This document shows positions 63,400 to 64,000 of a stretch of 64,000 nt of DNA, piece after piece. The stretch covers positions 16,306,001 through 16,370,000 of the forward strand of contig NC_087463.1 in NCBI RefSeq assembly GCF_036321535.1. The letters run 5' to 3'. The position numbers and the translations under genes are program-made. This DNA is from Camelus dromedarius (taxonomy: Eukaryota). A model generated the notes under the pieces. That model was not told where the DNA came from, made no database searches, and saw nothing but the letters and a program-made list of their open reading frames with translations. Every line of letters begins with the position of its first letter. Position 1 is the stretch's first letter.

Positions 63400-64000
63400 G
63401 AATTCCACTTTCCAAGAAAAGGAAACAAGACTCCTTTAGAGAAATGACTAAGTCTAGGGGCAGACTAGCAAAGTACAAGATGAGCCTGAAACATGTTATT
63501 GTGGCAGAAAGTAGGGAAATCCTTGAAAGCTGATGGAAATCTGTCAAAAAGAAGGGAACTTAGCTTGAATGGACCCATACTTGCCAAAATCTGATATAAT
63601 TTGAGCATCAAACTGAGTAATAATGATGGATTTTTATCACAATAAATATTTAGCAATATTTAGTAATCTATGAAATTATATTGATATATCAGTAAAGGAG
63701 TAAGTGAATAAGAGAAAGCTCTTAGAATACTAACAAATATAGAAAGAATGAGATAATTATAAAAATCATCATTTAGTAGCCACCATAATGATACAATTTT
63801 CAGGCAGCATTCTTCAGTGAACTGCTGGTTGAACTCTGATGAGCTAGTAGGTGAAATCAGGATACAGGGTGAGATATTTATATAGTACAAAAGTATCTCC
63901 ACATACTCATTAATTACACATGGAAAAAGAGAAATTTTACAGTGAAGAAACTGACAGACATCACCTTATTTCACTGCTTAAAGTTAACATGAGTAGTAAT
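63400..64000 (+). mobile_element. L1MC-type 3' UTR, continuing past the window end
   Basis: 'tacaaaagtatctcccaca...attaattaca...tttacagtgaagaaactgacagacatcaccttat...aaagttaacat'. Confidence 0.75.

Noticed and set aside
17281-64000. MC4R or another neighbouring protein gene
   Set aside because: No long single-exon GPCR ORF or other recognisable coding sequence. The remaining 60-140 aa ORFs are TE-derived, span N gaps or look random.
1-64000. CRISPR arrays, rRNA, snRNA or other prokaryotic-type systems
   Set aside because: Eukaryotic intron-containing DNA; no such sequences seen.

Overview
Mammalian genomic DNA, most likely a camelid (three copies of the tRNA-Ala-derived Vic-1-like SINE). Positions 531-17280 (+) hold the last 11 coding exons of an intact group II PLP-dependent glutamate decarboxylase. 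The exon sizes (113, 116, 80, 55, 117, 65, 79, 150, 108, 90, 174 nt) match the GAD1 layout as I recall it, all introns are GT-AG, and there is no frameshift or premature stop. The protein is far too divergent to be mammalian GAD1 or GAD2, so it is best read as GAD3, the little-studied third vertebrate GAD reported lost in hominids; its 5' exons lie upstream of the window. The remaining ~46 kb has no recognisable protein gene. It consists of L1, L2, MIR, solo LTRs, a fossil ERVL reverse transcriptase, DNA-transposon remnants and five short N gaps. It also has a strong bipartite CTCF motif beside a small CpG/GC-box region and three orphan + strand exon candidates. The best leads are the intact GAD3 with its active-site substitutions, a GAD25-like stop/start cryptic exon, an LTR-derived truncating exon candidate and the orphan spliced transcript. 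No wholly new biological system is demonstrable from sequence alone. Repeat family names and GAD67 residue comparisons are from memory; repeat boundaries are approximate unless TSDs are given.
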